This document shows positions 37,559 to 47,255 of a stretch of DNA of 49,649 nt, one piece after another. Source of the DNA: a bacterium (GTDB lineage Bacteria > CSSED10-310 > JAJRTK01). The translations under genes were made by a program, and so were the position numbers. How positions within the stretch are numbered: the stretch's first letter is position 1; every line of letters starts with the position of its first letter. The DNA is taken from positions 1-49,649 of the forward strand of contig JAJRTK010000459.1 of NCBI GenBank assembly GCA_024278345.1. Reading direction: 5' to 3'. The notes beneath the pieces are model-generated. The model was not told the DNA's origin. It made no database searches and saw nothing but the letters and a program-made list of their open reading frames with translations.

Positions 37559-38752
37559 TTGAATAGAGGGAAGACAAGGGTGCTACTTCTAGTTTTGCTT
37601 GTCACCACGGCCCGCTGTGGGAACAAGGATAATCCCGTGGCTCCGCTGAGTTCCGCGCCGAGCAATGTCCGCTCCCTGAAAGCTAGGCTGAGCTGCCAGG
37701 CCATCGTGCTGACATTTGAGGCACCGTCACAAAAGACGGATGGGAGTGAGCTGCCCTTGCCTTTATCTTTCGAGGTCTACCGGCGGCACTACATGCCACC
37801 GGCGAAGCCGACTCCGGCACCGACGCTTCAGGCCTCCCCTGTTCCGAGCGCTCTTCCCGCCAATGGACCGGAGGCTCCCCAAATACCCGCCGCCACAACC
37901 TCCAAACCGCCTGTACCCGCTCCCTTACCGAAGGGTGATTTTGGAAAAATTGCTTCTTTCACACTGGAGGCAGCGGAAGAGGCATCGGACAAGAGGCGAG
38001 AAAGTAAGAGTGTCCAGTGGATCGACGACGGAAAGACCGGGAGTTTTCAGCCAGGCCTGGTCTATCTTTACCAGGTGATTGTCGTCGATGCCGAGGGAGA
38101 AACGAGTAGCCCCTCAAACACGGCCCAAATCGAGTACGAAATGGTACCCGCGCCCCCGGAAAACCTCGAGGTTTCGTCGGAGTCCGAGGGAATCGCCCTC
38201 CGTTGGCATCCACGGCTTGCCGACTGTCTAGGCAACCGGCTGCAAAACCAGGACATTGCCGGCTACAACGTTTACCGATCAGTGGGAGAAACGCCAGGGA
38301 CAGAGGCAAGCATGGTCAATTCGGCTCCGGTAACCGAGTCCCATTACACCGATCCATCGATTCGGCTCGACGAAACTTACCATTATCGGGTACGAGCGCT
38401 GCTTGTCGGTTCATCCATCGAGAGTGACGATTCGGAAGTTGCCGCGATCAAGGTCCGCGATCTTTTTCCTCCAGATCCACCGGACGGGCTCTTGGCGACG
38501 CGATCTCGGCGAGCGGTGCGGCTACTTTGGAATCCGTCGCAGGCAAGTGACGTGGAGGGATACCACGTCTACCGCCGGGAATCACGGGGTCCGTGGGTAC
38601 GTTTGACGACGGAGCCGATCCAGCATTCAAGCTACCGAGATAGTGATGTGCGACCAAATCGTGCGTACGAGTATCATATCACTGCGGTGGATCAGTCAAA
38701 GCAGCATAACGAAAGCCAACCTACAACACCGGTGAAAGTCGATGGATTCTAG
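37559..38752 (+). CDS. Fibronectin type III-repeat lipoprotein
   Basis: Hydrophobic signal ending in C-GNKDNPVAP; FN3 motifs GYNVYR, Y.YRVRA, GYHVYR; start chosen at TTG 37559 (uncertain). Confidence 0.8.
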   Translation: MNRGKTRVLLLVLLVTTARCGNKDNPVAPLSSAPSNVRSLKARLSCQAIVLTFEAPSQKTDGSELPLPLSFEVYRRHYMPPAKPTPAPTLQASPVPSALPANGPEAPQIPAATTSKPPVPAPLPKGDFGKIASFTLEAAEEASDKRRESKSVQWIDDGKTGSFQPGLVYLYQVIVVDAEGETSSPSNTAQIEYEMVPAPPENLEVSSESEGIALRWHPRLADCLGNRLQNQDIAGYNVYRSVGETPGTEASMVNSAPVTESHYTDPSIRLDETYHYRVRALLVGSSIESDDSEVAAIKVRDLFPPDPPDGLLATRSRRAVRLLWNPSQASDVEGYHVYRRESRGPWVRLTTEPIQHSSYRDSDVRPNRAYEYHITAVDQSKQHNESQPTTPVKVDGF

Positions 38753-39524
38753 AGAATCCCCCCCGCTTGTCCTGTGGGGAGCCAGCGGTCGGATGGGGCT
38801 GGAACTCCAACGCCTCCTTTGCTCTAAGAGCCTTGGGAAATTGAAACAACTGGTGGTTTCTCCGGGATCGAAAAACCTGGGTTGCAGCGCATCGGGCGGT
38901 CAATTTTATGAGGCTCCAGGCCCTCTTGATCCCAGTGTTGAAGCCGCCATCGACTTTTCGAGTCCAGAGGGTCTTTTGGGTCTCCTGAGAGAGGCGCAAA
39001 CGGCAGGAATCCCCGTCGTCAGTGGAACGACAGGACTACAGGAACAGCACAGGCAGGCTCTAGTGGAAGCTGCGCTCACCATCCCCGTGTGCTGGGCTTC
39101 CAATTTTAGCCTGGGGATGCTGGCCGTGCATCGGGGCGTTCGTCTGTTCAAACGACTGTTGAAAGGGTTTGATATCGAGCTCGTAGAGTGTCATCATGGC
39201 GCAAAGAAAGATGCTCCCTCGGGAACTGCCCTGTCGTTGCTCTCGAGCTTGGATGCCGAAGAGCTTGAGTTTGGTCGCCACGGCAATAGAAGGAGACGCC
39301 CTGGAGAGGTAGGCGTACATTCGCTTCGAGGCGGATCCAATCCCGGCAGCCATTCGATTCATTTCCTTGGCGCCGGAGAAGATATTGTCCTGACTCATCA
39401 GTGCTGGAGCAGGGAGGTTTTTGCTCGCGGAGCCATCGCGACGGTGAACACCCTGCTTCGCAAAAAGGCTGGATTGTACGAAATGGCCGATCTTTTCACC
39501 AGCGACTCGCCCCTGTTTTTGTAG
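38742..39524 (+). CDS. dapB: 4-hydroxy-tetrahydrodipicolinate reductase
   Basis: GASGRMG, IDFS, SGTTG, ECHHGAKKDAPSGTA. Confidence 0.95.
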   Translation: MDSRESPPLVLWGASGRMGLELQRLLCSKSLGKLKQLVVSPGSKNLGCSASGGQFYEAPGPLDPSVEAAIDFSSPEGLLGLLREAQTAGIPVVSGTTGLQEQHRQALVEAALTIPVCWASNFSLGMLAVHRGVRLFKRLLKGFDIELVECHHGAKKDAPSGTALSLLSSLDAEELEFGRHGNRRRRPGEVGVHSLRGGSNPGSHSIHFLGAGEDIVLTHQCWSREVFARGAIATVNTLLRKKAGLYEMADLFTSDSPLFL

Positions 39525-39601
39525 GTAGGGGCGTGGGCAAGTGGCGATCTTTGGCTGAAACACGCTTGGATCCAGGCACGGACCAAGACGGAAGGAAAGC
39601 A

Positions 39602-40462
39602 ATGAAGCAAAAGAAGAAAACGGTTCCTGACATCGTTGGACGCAAGGGGGATTCGCAGCCTCTTGTCATGGTCACGGGCTATGATTACACGTCGGCGCGA
39701 CTCCTTGACATGGCTGGAGTCGATATCATTCTCGTGGGTGATTCGGCCTCGATGGTGATGCTAGGAGAAGAATCGACCCTACCTATTTCCCTTGACGAGA
39801 TCCTGGTTTTCACGCGCGGTGTCACAAGGGCGGCGGAACACGCCCTGGTGGTTGCGGATTTGCCGTTTTTGTCCTACGGGTTGGACAGCTCGGAAAGCGT
39901 TCGCAACGCCGGCAGGCTACTCAAAGAAGGAGGCGCCGCAGCCGTGAAACTCGAGGGAGGCGAAGAGCTTGTGGACCATGTCCGGCATTTGACACGGTGC
40001 AATATCCCGGTCATGGGGCATCTTGGGCTGACGCCCCAGTCTTTTCACCAGATGGGAGGACATCGGCTTCAAGGGCGAGACATCAAAGCGGCCAAAAAAC
40101 TGTTCAAAGATGCCCAATGCCTTGTAGAAGCAGGAGTTTTCGCTATTGTCCTGGAAGGGATTCCCGCCCTTGTAGCCGAAGCTGTCACTGGCTCGGTAGA
40201 GGTTCCTACAATTGGGATTGGAGCAGGCCCTGGGTGTGATGGGCAAGTCCTGGTCTGGCAGGATCTCCTTGGGATGAACTTGTCATTTCGGCCCCGATTC
40301 GTGAAACAGTATGCTCGTTTGGAAGAAACAATTTTGGACGCACTTGGCGGGTTTTGCCAAGAGGTGAGAGACGGCGGATTTCCGGTTGAACAACACTGCT
40401 ACCCCCTTCGGGACAAAGAGCTGGCAAGCTGGCTCGCCGCTCGTGCTCGGGACGACCGGTGA
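39602..40462 (+). CDS. panB: 3-methyl-2-oxobutanoate hydroxymethyltransferase
   Basis: LVGDSASM, AVKLEGG, MGHLGLTPQ, GIGAG.CDGQVLV. Confidence 0.97.
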   Translation: MKQKKKTVPDIVGRKGDSQPLVMVTGYDYTSARLLDMAGVDIILVGDSASMVMLGEESTLPISLDEILVFTRGVTRAAEHALVVADLPFLSYGLDSSESVRNAGRLLKEGGAAAVKLEGGEELVDHVRHLTRCNIPVMGHLGLTPQSFHQMGGHRLQGRDIKAAKKLFKDAQCLVEAGVFAIVLEGIPALVAEAVTGSVEVPTIGIGAGPGCDGQVLVWQDLLGMNLSFRPRFVKQYARLEETILDALGGFCQEVRDGGFPVEQHCYPLRDKELASWLAARARDDR

Positions 40463-40606
40463 AGATCCGAATGAGGTGTCCGGGTTTTGGTGACACCGCC
40501 CGATCCGCCTGGGGCCTGGCTCTTTCTTGACTTCATGGCTTCCAGCCCCTAGAGTTTGGTTGGCGAAAAAGACGGGTCTACGATTTCAACATAAGGAACT
40601 TTCGCT

Positions 40607-42439
40607 ATGGCCGTTCGTCTTGGTGAGCTTCTCCTCAAAGCGAATTTGATTACCAAAGATCAACTTCAGCAGGCAGTTCGAGAGAAAAAGCGAACGAAGG
40701 GGCCGCTGAGTGCCATCCTGGTTCTCAATGGTTTCGTCGATGAGGCGGACATCACAAACCTTCTAAGTCGGCAATACGGGATGCCATCAGTCGATCTCAC
40801 GCAGTTTGAAATCGACCCGAAAGTAACCAAGTTGGTGCCAGCTGCCGTGGCCCGCAAGCATCGCATCGTTCCATTCAGCAAGACCGGTTCGACGCTAACT
40901 ATCGCTCTGGCGGATCCCTCGAACATCTCGGCCATCGATGACATCAACTTTCTAACCGGCCTCAACGTCGAGGCCGTGCTTGCCTCTGAAATGGCGATTC
41001 TTCAGGCGATCGACAAGTACTATCGTGGTGGCAAAGGCCTTGCTCTTTACTCCAAGGCCGGCGAGGAGGGTGCGGCTTCTTATGCAGACGACGATTCCGA
41101 GTCGGATTCTTATGCTTCTCTTTTGGAGGAGGAGGGGGATGCCGAACCGGATGAAGTGCTCTTCACGGAAAGCGATTATGCTGATTTTACTGGTCTCATC
41201 GGGGACGCGGTAGAAGAAATCGAATTCGTTTCCGGAACGGATGACATCGACACGGATCTAACGGGCGCTGAAGAGGCGCCGATCATCCGGCTGGTCAACG
41301 GGATTCTTCTCAAGGCCGTGAAATTAGGAGTCAGCGACATTCATATCGAGCCTTATGAAAAGGTTTTTCGAATTCGCTACCGACTAGATGGAAACCTCTA
41401 CAAAGAGCTTCAACTTCCATTGGAGATCAAGAACGCCATCACCTCGCGCCTCAAGATTATGAGTGCCCTGGACATCGCCGAACGGCGCCTCCCTCAGGAT
41501 GGCCGGATCAAGCTCAAGCTGTCGAAGAAGAGGGATATCGATTTCCGAGTCTCAACTCTTCCCGTGTTGTTCGGGGAGAAAGTCGTTCTTCGCCTTCTGG
41601 ACAAGTCCAACTTGCAGCTCGACATGACGAAGCTGGGTTTTGACGAATACCAGTTGGATCGGTTTGGTGACGCGCTGGAGCAACCTTTCGGGATGATTCT
41701 GGTTACGGGTCCCACGGGGAGTGGTAAGTCCACGACTCTCTACAGTGCGCTGGCTCGGCTCAACAAGGACTCGACCAATATTTCCACGGCGGAAGATCCT
41801 GTCGAGTTCAGCATGTATGGCATCAACCAAGTCCAGATGCGTGAAGAAGTCGGGTTGAACTTTGCAGCGTCGTTGCGGTCGTTTCTGAGGCAAGACCCTG
41901 ACATCATCATGGTGGGCGAGATCCGGGACTTCGAAACAGCGGAGATTGCCATCAAGGCGGCACTTACAGGACACTTGGTGCTATCGACTCTCCACACCAA
42001 CGATGCGCCAAGCACTATCAACCGTATGTTAAACATGGGGATTGAGCCGTTCTTGGTTTCCTCGTCAGTGATCCTCATCGTTGCCCAGCGCTTGGCCCGG
42101 AAAGTTTGCCAGAATTGCAAGGAACCCCATGAAGTAGATATCGACACCCTCCTGGATTTTGGATTTAGTGAGGAAGAGGCGGAGAATTGCGTTCCTTACA
42201 AAGGGAAGGGTTGCAAAGTTTGTGCTGGAAAGGGCTATAAAGGCCGGATCGCGCTTTACGAAGTGATGAAGGTTGGCGATGATATGCGCGAGCTCATTGT
42301 CCGTGGAGCGACAAACCTCGAGCTGAGAGAGCTGGCCATCGAGGAGAAGATGGATACTCTCCGGAGAAGCGGGATTAAGAAGGTACTGCAGGGCCAGACG
42401 ACCCTGGAGGAAGTCGGGGCCGTCACTTTCTCCACGTAA
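40607..42439 (+). CDS. pilB: Type IV-A pilus assembly ATPase PilB
   Basis: MshEN-like RLGELL, SDIHIEPYE, GPTGSGKST, LRQDPD, tetracysteine motif. Confidence 0.96.
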   Translation: MAVRLGELLLKANLITKDQLQQAVREKKRTKGPLSAILVLNGFVDEADITNLLSRQYGMPSVDLTQFEIDPKVTKLVPAAVARKHRIVPFSKTGSTLTIALADPSNISAIDDINFLTGLNVEAVLASEMAILQAIDKYYRGGKGLALYSKAGEEGAASYADDDSESDSYASLLEEEGDAEPDEVLFTESDYADFTGLIGDAVEEIEFVSGTDDIDTDLTGAEEAPIIRLVNGILLKAVKLGVSDIHIEPYEKVFRIRYRLDGNLYKELQLPLEIKNAITSRLKIMSALDIAERRLPQDGRIKLKLSKKRDIDFRVSTLPVLFGEKVVLRLLDKSNLQLDMTKLGFDEYQLDRFGDALEQPFGMILVTGPTGSGKSTTLYSALARLNKDSTNISTAEDPVEFSMYGINQVQMREEVGLNFAASLRSFLRQDPDIIMVGEIRDFETAEIAIKAALTGHLVLSTLHTNDAPSTINRMLNMGIEPFLVSSSVILIVAQRLARKVCQNCKEPHEVDIDTLLDFGFSEEEAENCVPYKGKGCKVCAGKGYKGRIALYEVMKVGDDMRELIVRGATNLELRELAIEEKMDTLRRSGIKKVLQGQTTLEEVGAVTFST

Positions 42440-42648
42440 TGAGCTCACGGCAGAATTTTCTTAGCCAATTGGGAACGATCCCGTTATGCTCAGGGCCAAT
42501 GGAAATATCAGCCTGGCCTTGGGTCCACTGTCTTCGGCAGGCCTGGGGCTGCGACAAGACAAAACGGGAAGTCAGATTTTTGCAGGCCCTTAGGCTGAAG
42601 GGCCTGTTGTTGATACAGCCAATTGCTTTCGGCTGGAGGAGATGAACA

Positions 42649-43758
42649 TTGGCGACGATGCCTCAGCTACTCAAAATACTGATCGAACGAGGGGCGACCG
42701 ATCTTCATCTCACGACAGGATCCCCGCCGCAAATTAGGATCGACGGAAGGCTGTACCCATTGGAGATGGATCCGCTCACCGCCAAGGAGACAAAGCAACT
42801 TGGCTACAGCGTGCTGACCGATGCCCAGAAGCACCAGTTCGAAGAAAACAAGGAGCTTGACTTCTCGTTCGGCGTCAGGAATCTTGCCCGCTTCCGGGCA
42901 AATATTTACAACCAGCGCGGTGCCACCGCTCTGGCAATTCGGACAATTCCTTACGAAATCCGCAGTTTTGAGCAACTTGGCCTCCCGAAGGTTATCGCGG
43001 AGTTCGCCCACTACCCCAAGGGGTTAGTCCTGGTTACTGGTCCCACGGGAAGCGGAAAATCGACGACACTGGCGGCGATCATAAATAAGATCAACGAGGA
43101 GAGACACGACCACATCGTCACCATCGAGGATCCTATCGAGTATCTCCACCAGCACAAGAACTGCGTGGTGAACCAAAGGGAAGTGGGATCCGATACGAAA
43201 AGCTTTGCTGCTGCCCTTCGCTCCGTCCTCAGGCAAGACCCGGACGTTATTCTGGTGGGCGAAATGCGAGATTTGGAGACGATCGAAATGGCGGTTCGGG
43301 CTTCAGAAACGGGTCACTTGACCTTCGCAACTCTCCACACCAATTCGTCAGCCGAAACGATCAACCGCATCATAGATGTCTTCCCAGCCAGCCAACAACC
43401 CCAGATTCGAGCCCAGCTTTCTTTCGTGCTCCAGGGAGTCGTTTGCCAATCGCTTCTTCCAAAGTTAGGAGGAAAAGGCCGAGTGTTGGCCATGGAAGTG
43501 ATGGTGCCAAACAATGCGATCCGGAACCTCATCCGCGAAGACAAAATCCACCAGATCTATTCTTCCATGCAAGCTGGGCAAGGAAAGACGGGGATGGTGA
43601 CCTTCAACCAATCGCTCTACGATCTGGCGGTCCGCCGGCAGATATCGATTCAAGAAGCTATGGCACGCTCCCACAAGCCAGAGGAGCTCGAGCAAATGTT
43701 CAACCGCCTCGACGGGGGAACGATGGCCCAGAGCAGCCCCTCGCGATCAAGAAGGTAG
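42649..43758 (+). CDS. pilT: Type IV pilus retraction ATPase PilT
   Basis: GPTGSGKSTT, TIEDPIE, LRQDPD, AIRNLIRE. Confidence 0.97.
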   Translation: MATMPQLLKILIERGATDLHLTTGSPPQIRIDGRLYPLEMDPLTAKETKQLGYSVLTDAQKHQFEENKELDFSFGVRNLARFRANIYNQRGATALAIRTIPYEIRSFEQLGLPKVIAEFAHYPKGLVLVTGPTGSGKSTTLAAIINKINEERHDHIVTIEDPIEYLHQHKNCVVNQREVGSDTKSFAAALRSVLRQDPDVILVGEMRDLETIEMAVRASETGHLTFATLHTNSSAETINRIIDVFPASQQPQIRAQLSFVLQGVVCQSLLPKLGGKGRVLAMEVMVPNNAIRNLIREDKIHQIYSSMQAGQGKTGMVTFNQSLYDLAVRRQISIQEAMARSHKPEELEQMFNRLDGGTMAQSSPSRSRR

Positions 43759-43778
43759 TCTGGACAGGAGGGAAAAGT

Positions 43779-44990
43779 ATGGCGATCTATAAATGGAAAG
43801 GGAAAAACCGTGCAGGCAAGGAACAACAGGGTGAAATCGAAGCTGACAACGACGCCCAAGTACGAGAACACCTAGAAAATGCGGGTTTCTCCCAACTTAA
43901 GATCAAGAAAAAGCCTAAAGAATACGAGCTCGTCATCCCCGGCATTACCGGTGGAGTAAGCCTGAAGGACATCGTGGTTTTTACTCGGACTTTTTCGACG
44001 ATGGTCGATGCGGGTCTCCCTTTGATTCAGTGCCTTGAGATTCTGGGAGACCAGACTGAAAACCCATCCTTTGCCCGCACGATCAAGGACATCAAGGGCG
44101 ATGTAGAAGGCGGATCGACATTCGCGGATGCCCTTCGAAAGCACCCGAAGGTCTTCGACCGGCTCTACTGCAATATGATTGAAGCAGGAGAGACCGGAGG
44201 TATCCTCGACATCATCATGCAGCGGCTCTCAGTGTACATGGAAAAGAACATGGCCATCCGGCGAAAAGTCAAAGGTGCCATGATCTATCCGGCGGTGGTG
44301 GTCATGATTGCTCTGACCGTCGTGACCTTTCTAATGATCTACGTTATCCCCACATTCGCCGAGATCTTCGTCGGGCTTGGCACGACGCTGCCAGTTCCGA
44401 CCCAGATCATCATGGGCATCAGCGAGTGGATGCAGCACAATTTTATGACGATGTTCATTGGAGTCATCGTCATTGTCGTGGCCATCCGCCTTTTCTACAA
44501 AACGGAATTTGGCAAACGTCTATTGGATGGAATGATGCTCAAGGCCCCAGTCTTCGGGCCTCTTCTGCGAAAAGTCGCCGTGGCCCGTTTTACTCGAACT
44601 CTTGGGACACTGATCTCCTCGGGAGTGCCGATCCTGGATGGACTGGACATCACGGCACGAACCGCGGGAAACAAGGTGGTGGAAGAGGCAGTTCTTGAAA
44701 CCAGAGTTGCCATCTCGGAAGGCCGGTCCATTAGTGAGCCACTGTCGGAGACCGATGTTTTTCCTCCCATGGTGGTGCAAATGATTGCCATCGGCGAGCA
44801 GACAGGGGCCTTGGACTCAATGCTCAACAAGATCGCCGACTTTTACGATGATGAGGTGGATCAGGCGGTTTCCAACCTCACGCAGTTGATCGAGCCGATG
44901 ATGATCGTGGTTCTCGGTGTGATCATTGGCGGCATTGTCATCGCAATGTACCTGCCGATGTTCAAGCTCATTGGAGAACTCAACAAATAA
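43779..44990 (+). CDS. pilC: Type IV pilus platform protein PilC (T2SS F family)
   Basis: FTRTFSTMVDAGLPL, GETGG, AMIYP, GEQTGALD, MYLPMF. Confidence 0.96.
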   Translation: MAIYKWKGKNRAGKEQQGEIEADNDAQVREHLENAGFSQLKIKKKPKEYELVIPGITGGVSLKDIVVFTRTFSTMVDAGLPLIQCLEILGDQTENPSFARTIKDIKGDVEGGSTFADALRKHPKVFDRLYCNMIEAGETGGILDIIMQRLSVYMEKNMAIRRKVKGAMIYPAVVVMIALTVVTFLMIYVIPTFAEIFVGLGTTLPVPTQIIMGISEWMQHNFMTMFIGVIVIVVAIRLFYKTEFGKRLLDGMMLKAPVFGPLLRKVAVARFTRTLGTLISSGVPILDGLDITARTAGNKVVEEAVLETRVAISEGRSISEPLSETDVFPPMVVQMIAIGEQTGALDSMLNKIADFYDDEVDQAVSNLTQLIEPMMIVVLGVIIGGIVIAMYLPMFKLIGELNK

Positions 44991-45078
44991 GGCTCTGGGA
45001 AATGGTGAGGGTCCGGCGAGTTTTCCCCAAGGCTCGCCTTCCGTCCGGGGTCGCTGGACTCCCCCAAAAAGAGTAAGA

Positions 45079-46764
45079 ATGGAACCGCGATACGAGCTGC
45101 GATCCCGACTCCGGAGCCTCATGTTTATCCGAGCAGTTTTGGTAACCATTCTGCTTGGAACGACGACTCTACTTTACATCCGGACACAAGAAACGCCGAA
45201 CTTGGCGGCGTTTTGGCTTATCGCTCTCATCTATCTACTGACATTTTTCTATTCCCTTCTTCTGGACAAAGTCTCGAGACTCTCCCTCTTTGCTCTGCTG
45301 CAAATCCTGGGGGATCTCCTGCTGATCTCGGCGGTGCTGGTGCTGTCCGGGGGCACGGATAGTCCCATGTCCATCCTCTACTCGGTGAGCATCGTCACCG
45401 GGAGCATTCTCTTGGAAAAGCCCGGTGGCTATGCCACCGCCGCTCTGAGCTGTATTTTGCTGGGGTCTTTGGCACTCCTGGAATCGCAAGGAATGATCCC
45501 GGACGCGCAAATATACCCGTTCCCTCGGTACATTCTCTCTCTTAGTGATCGACTCTCGCAACTTTTTTCCAGTTTTTTCGGCTTCTTTATCATCGGTTCT
45601 CTCTCAGGGCATCTGGCAGAAAGACTTCGCAAAAGCAACGAGCTCTTGGAAGAGCGAAGCCAAAACCTCCTGGACCTGAAGCAGTTCCATTCCCTGGTTT
45701 TGCAGTCCATTGATTCGGGACTTGTCACCACGGATCTCCAAGGCAAAATCACGTCAGCAAACCGGGCTGCCCTGAACCTTGTGGGCTGTGATTTCCGGGG
45801 GCTAATGGGCAAGTCCATCGCCGATCTTTTTCCAGCATTGGGAAACGTGGAACTTGCCCCGTACCGGACCAAGCACCGGTTCTTCCAAGTCGTCCATTCC
45901 CTTCCAGATGGCAGGACTCGCCACATCGAGATAGCGCCAAGCTCCCTGGCCGATTCAACAGGGAAACTCGATGGCTCTATTCTCGTCCTCCGGGACGTCA
46001 CGGAACTTAAGAAGCTCGAAACCATAAAAAAGGAATGGGAGAAACTGTCGGCATTTGCAAAAATGGCGGCGACCATCGCCCATGAAATTCGCAATCCACT
46101 GGCATCGATGCGTGGCTCAATCGAGCTCCTCTCCCGGGAGCTCAAGCTGAGCGGCACGGAAAAGAGATTGATGGCCATAGTGTTGCGAGAATCCGACCGC
46201 CTCAATTGCCTGGTCAACGATTTTCTCAATGCACATCATTTGAAGCCTCCGAAACTCGAACTCGTCAACCTAGCCTATCAGGTCCAAGACATTCTTTTGA
46301 TATTGAGGAACGACGAATCCTGCCACAATATCGAGATCAAGATCGATCTCCATGCTCAGTCCATTCCGGTGCGTCTCGATGCCGGGCAGTTCAGGCAAGT
46401 CATGTGGAACTTGGTGCAAAACAGTGTGAGAGCCATGGCTTCCGGGGGCACTTTGACTATTTCGACTCGTCGCTGCCCGTGGCCACAGCGTTCAGGCCAC
46501 GAGGCGCATTCAGGGCGCGAGGCGATATGCTTGACGGTCCACGACAACGGACATGGGATCGATCCTGAAACCCTGATCAATTTGCTGGAACCTTCTTCCA
46601 GGAAATTCAAACGGTTATCGGGACTTGGCCTCTCGGTCATCCGAAGAATCGTCGCCGGTCATCAAGGGCACATCGAAATCGCCAGTGTACCTGGCCAGGA
46701 AACAGAGGTAAAGATCTTCTTTCCGCTCTCCAAGCTGTCTGAAAACGAAGCAACTGCCAAATGA
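45079..46764 (+). CDS. pilS: Sensor histidine kinase PilS (TM, PAS, HisKA, HATPase)
   Basis: About 6 TM helices, AHEIRNPL H-box, NLVQN, DNGHGI, GLGL; position after pilC. Confidence 0.9.
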   Translation: MEPRYELRSRLRSLMFIRAVLVTILLGTTTLLYIRTQETPNLAAFWLIALIYLLTFFYSLLLDKVSRLSLFALLQILGDLLLISAVLVLSGGTDSPMSILYSVSIVTGSILLEKPGGYATAALSCILLGSLALLESQGMIPDAQIYPFPRYILSLSDRLSQLFSSFFGFFIIGSLSGHLAERLRKSNELLEERSQNLLDLKQFHSLVLQSIDSGLVTTDLQGKITSANRAALNLVGCDFRGLMGKSIADLFPALGNVELAPYRTKHRFFQVVHSLPDGRTRHIEIAPSSLADSTGKLDGSILVLRDVTELKKLETIKKEWEKLSAFAKMAATIAHEIRNPLASMRGSIELLSRELKLSGTEKRLMAIVLRESDRLNCLVNDFLNAHHLKPPKLELVNLAYQVQDILLILRNDESCHNIEIKIDLHAQSIPVRLDAGQFRQVMWNLVQNSVRAMASGGTLTISTRRCPWPQRSGHEAHSGREAICLTVHDNGHGIDPETLINLLEPSSRKFKRLSGLGLSVIRRIVAGHQGHIEIASVPGQETEVKIFFPLSKLSENEATAK

Positions 46765-46850
46765 TACCGCAATAACGAGCATGATCCCGGCGACCACACG
46801 CCGGAAGATGAAAGTGAATGGCGCTGAGCGCCATAACCACGCCGTCGAAG

Positions 46851-47072
46851 ATGGATTCAACCATGTACTTTCATGGTAAGATGGATTTAACGGAACCTAT
46901 CAGATCCGGTTTACAAGTCCACGCCCTACAGGAACCCACTGTTCAAGTGCGTGAATCCCGTCCGGCACGCCACCGGCAAGATGCCGGTGCCACCAGTGCG
47001 GCCCCGCAGAGTGTAAAGCAAAGACACGACAATTTGATAGGTGCCGATTTAACCATGTACTTTCATGGTAAG
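46851..47072. repeat. Tandem 30-bp palindromic repeat interrupted by a MITE
   Basis: ATGGATTCAACCATGTACTTTCATGGTAAG followed, after removing the MITE and one TSD, by ATGGATTTAACCATGTACTTTCATGGTAAG. Confidence 0.75.
46892..47045 (+). mobile_element. MITE family B, copy 1 (154 bp)
   Basis: TIRs GGAACCTATCAGAT / ATTTGATAGGTGCC; 8-bp duplication GATTTAAC (46884-46891, 47046-47053). Confidence 0.9.
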
Positions 47073-47255
47073 GTGCCACAGCATCTGCCACAAGACTCCG
47101 TCGTGAGTGGTCCATGTGGAACAGGCCCTTTTTTTTTCTTCCGGGTTTCCCGTAGACTGGTGATGCTGCCGAGTATGCACGCCTATTCCAAGTGCTCAGG
47201 GTATTCTGACTGGCAAAGAGCGGTCCTTTCTTCTGGCTCACACACTGGATGTTCC

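Noticed and set aside
46818-47255. 146-aa N-terminal extension of PilR in the ORF track
   Set aside because: Runs through a MITE and tandem repeat; the receiver domain starts just after Met 47256
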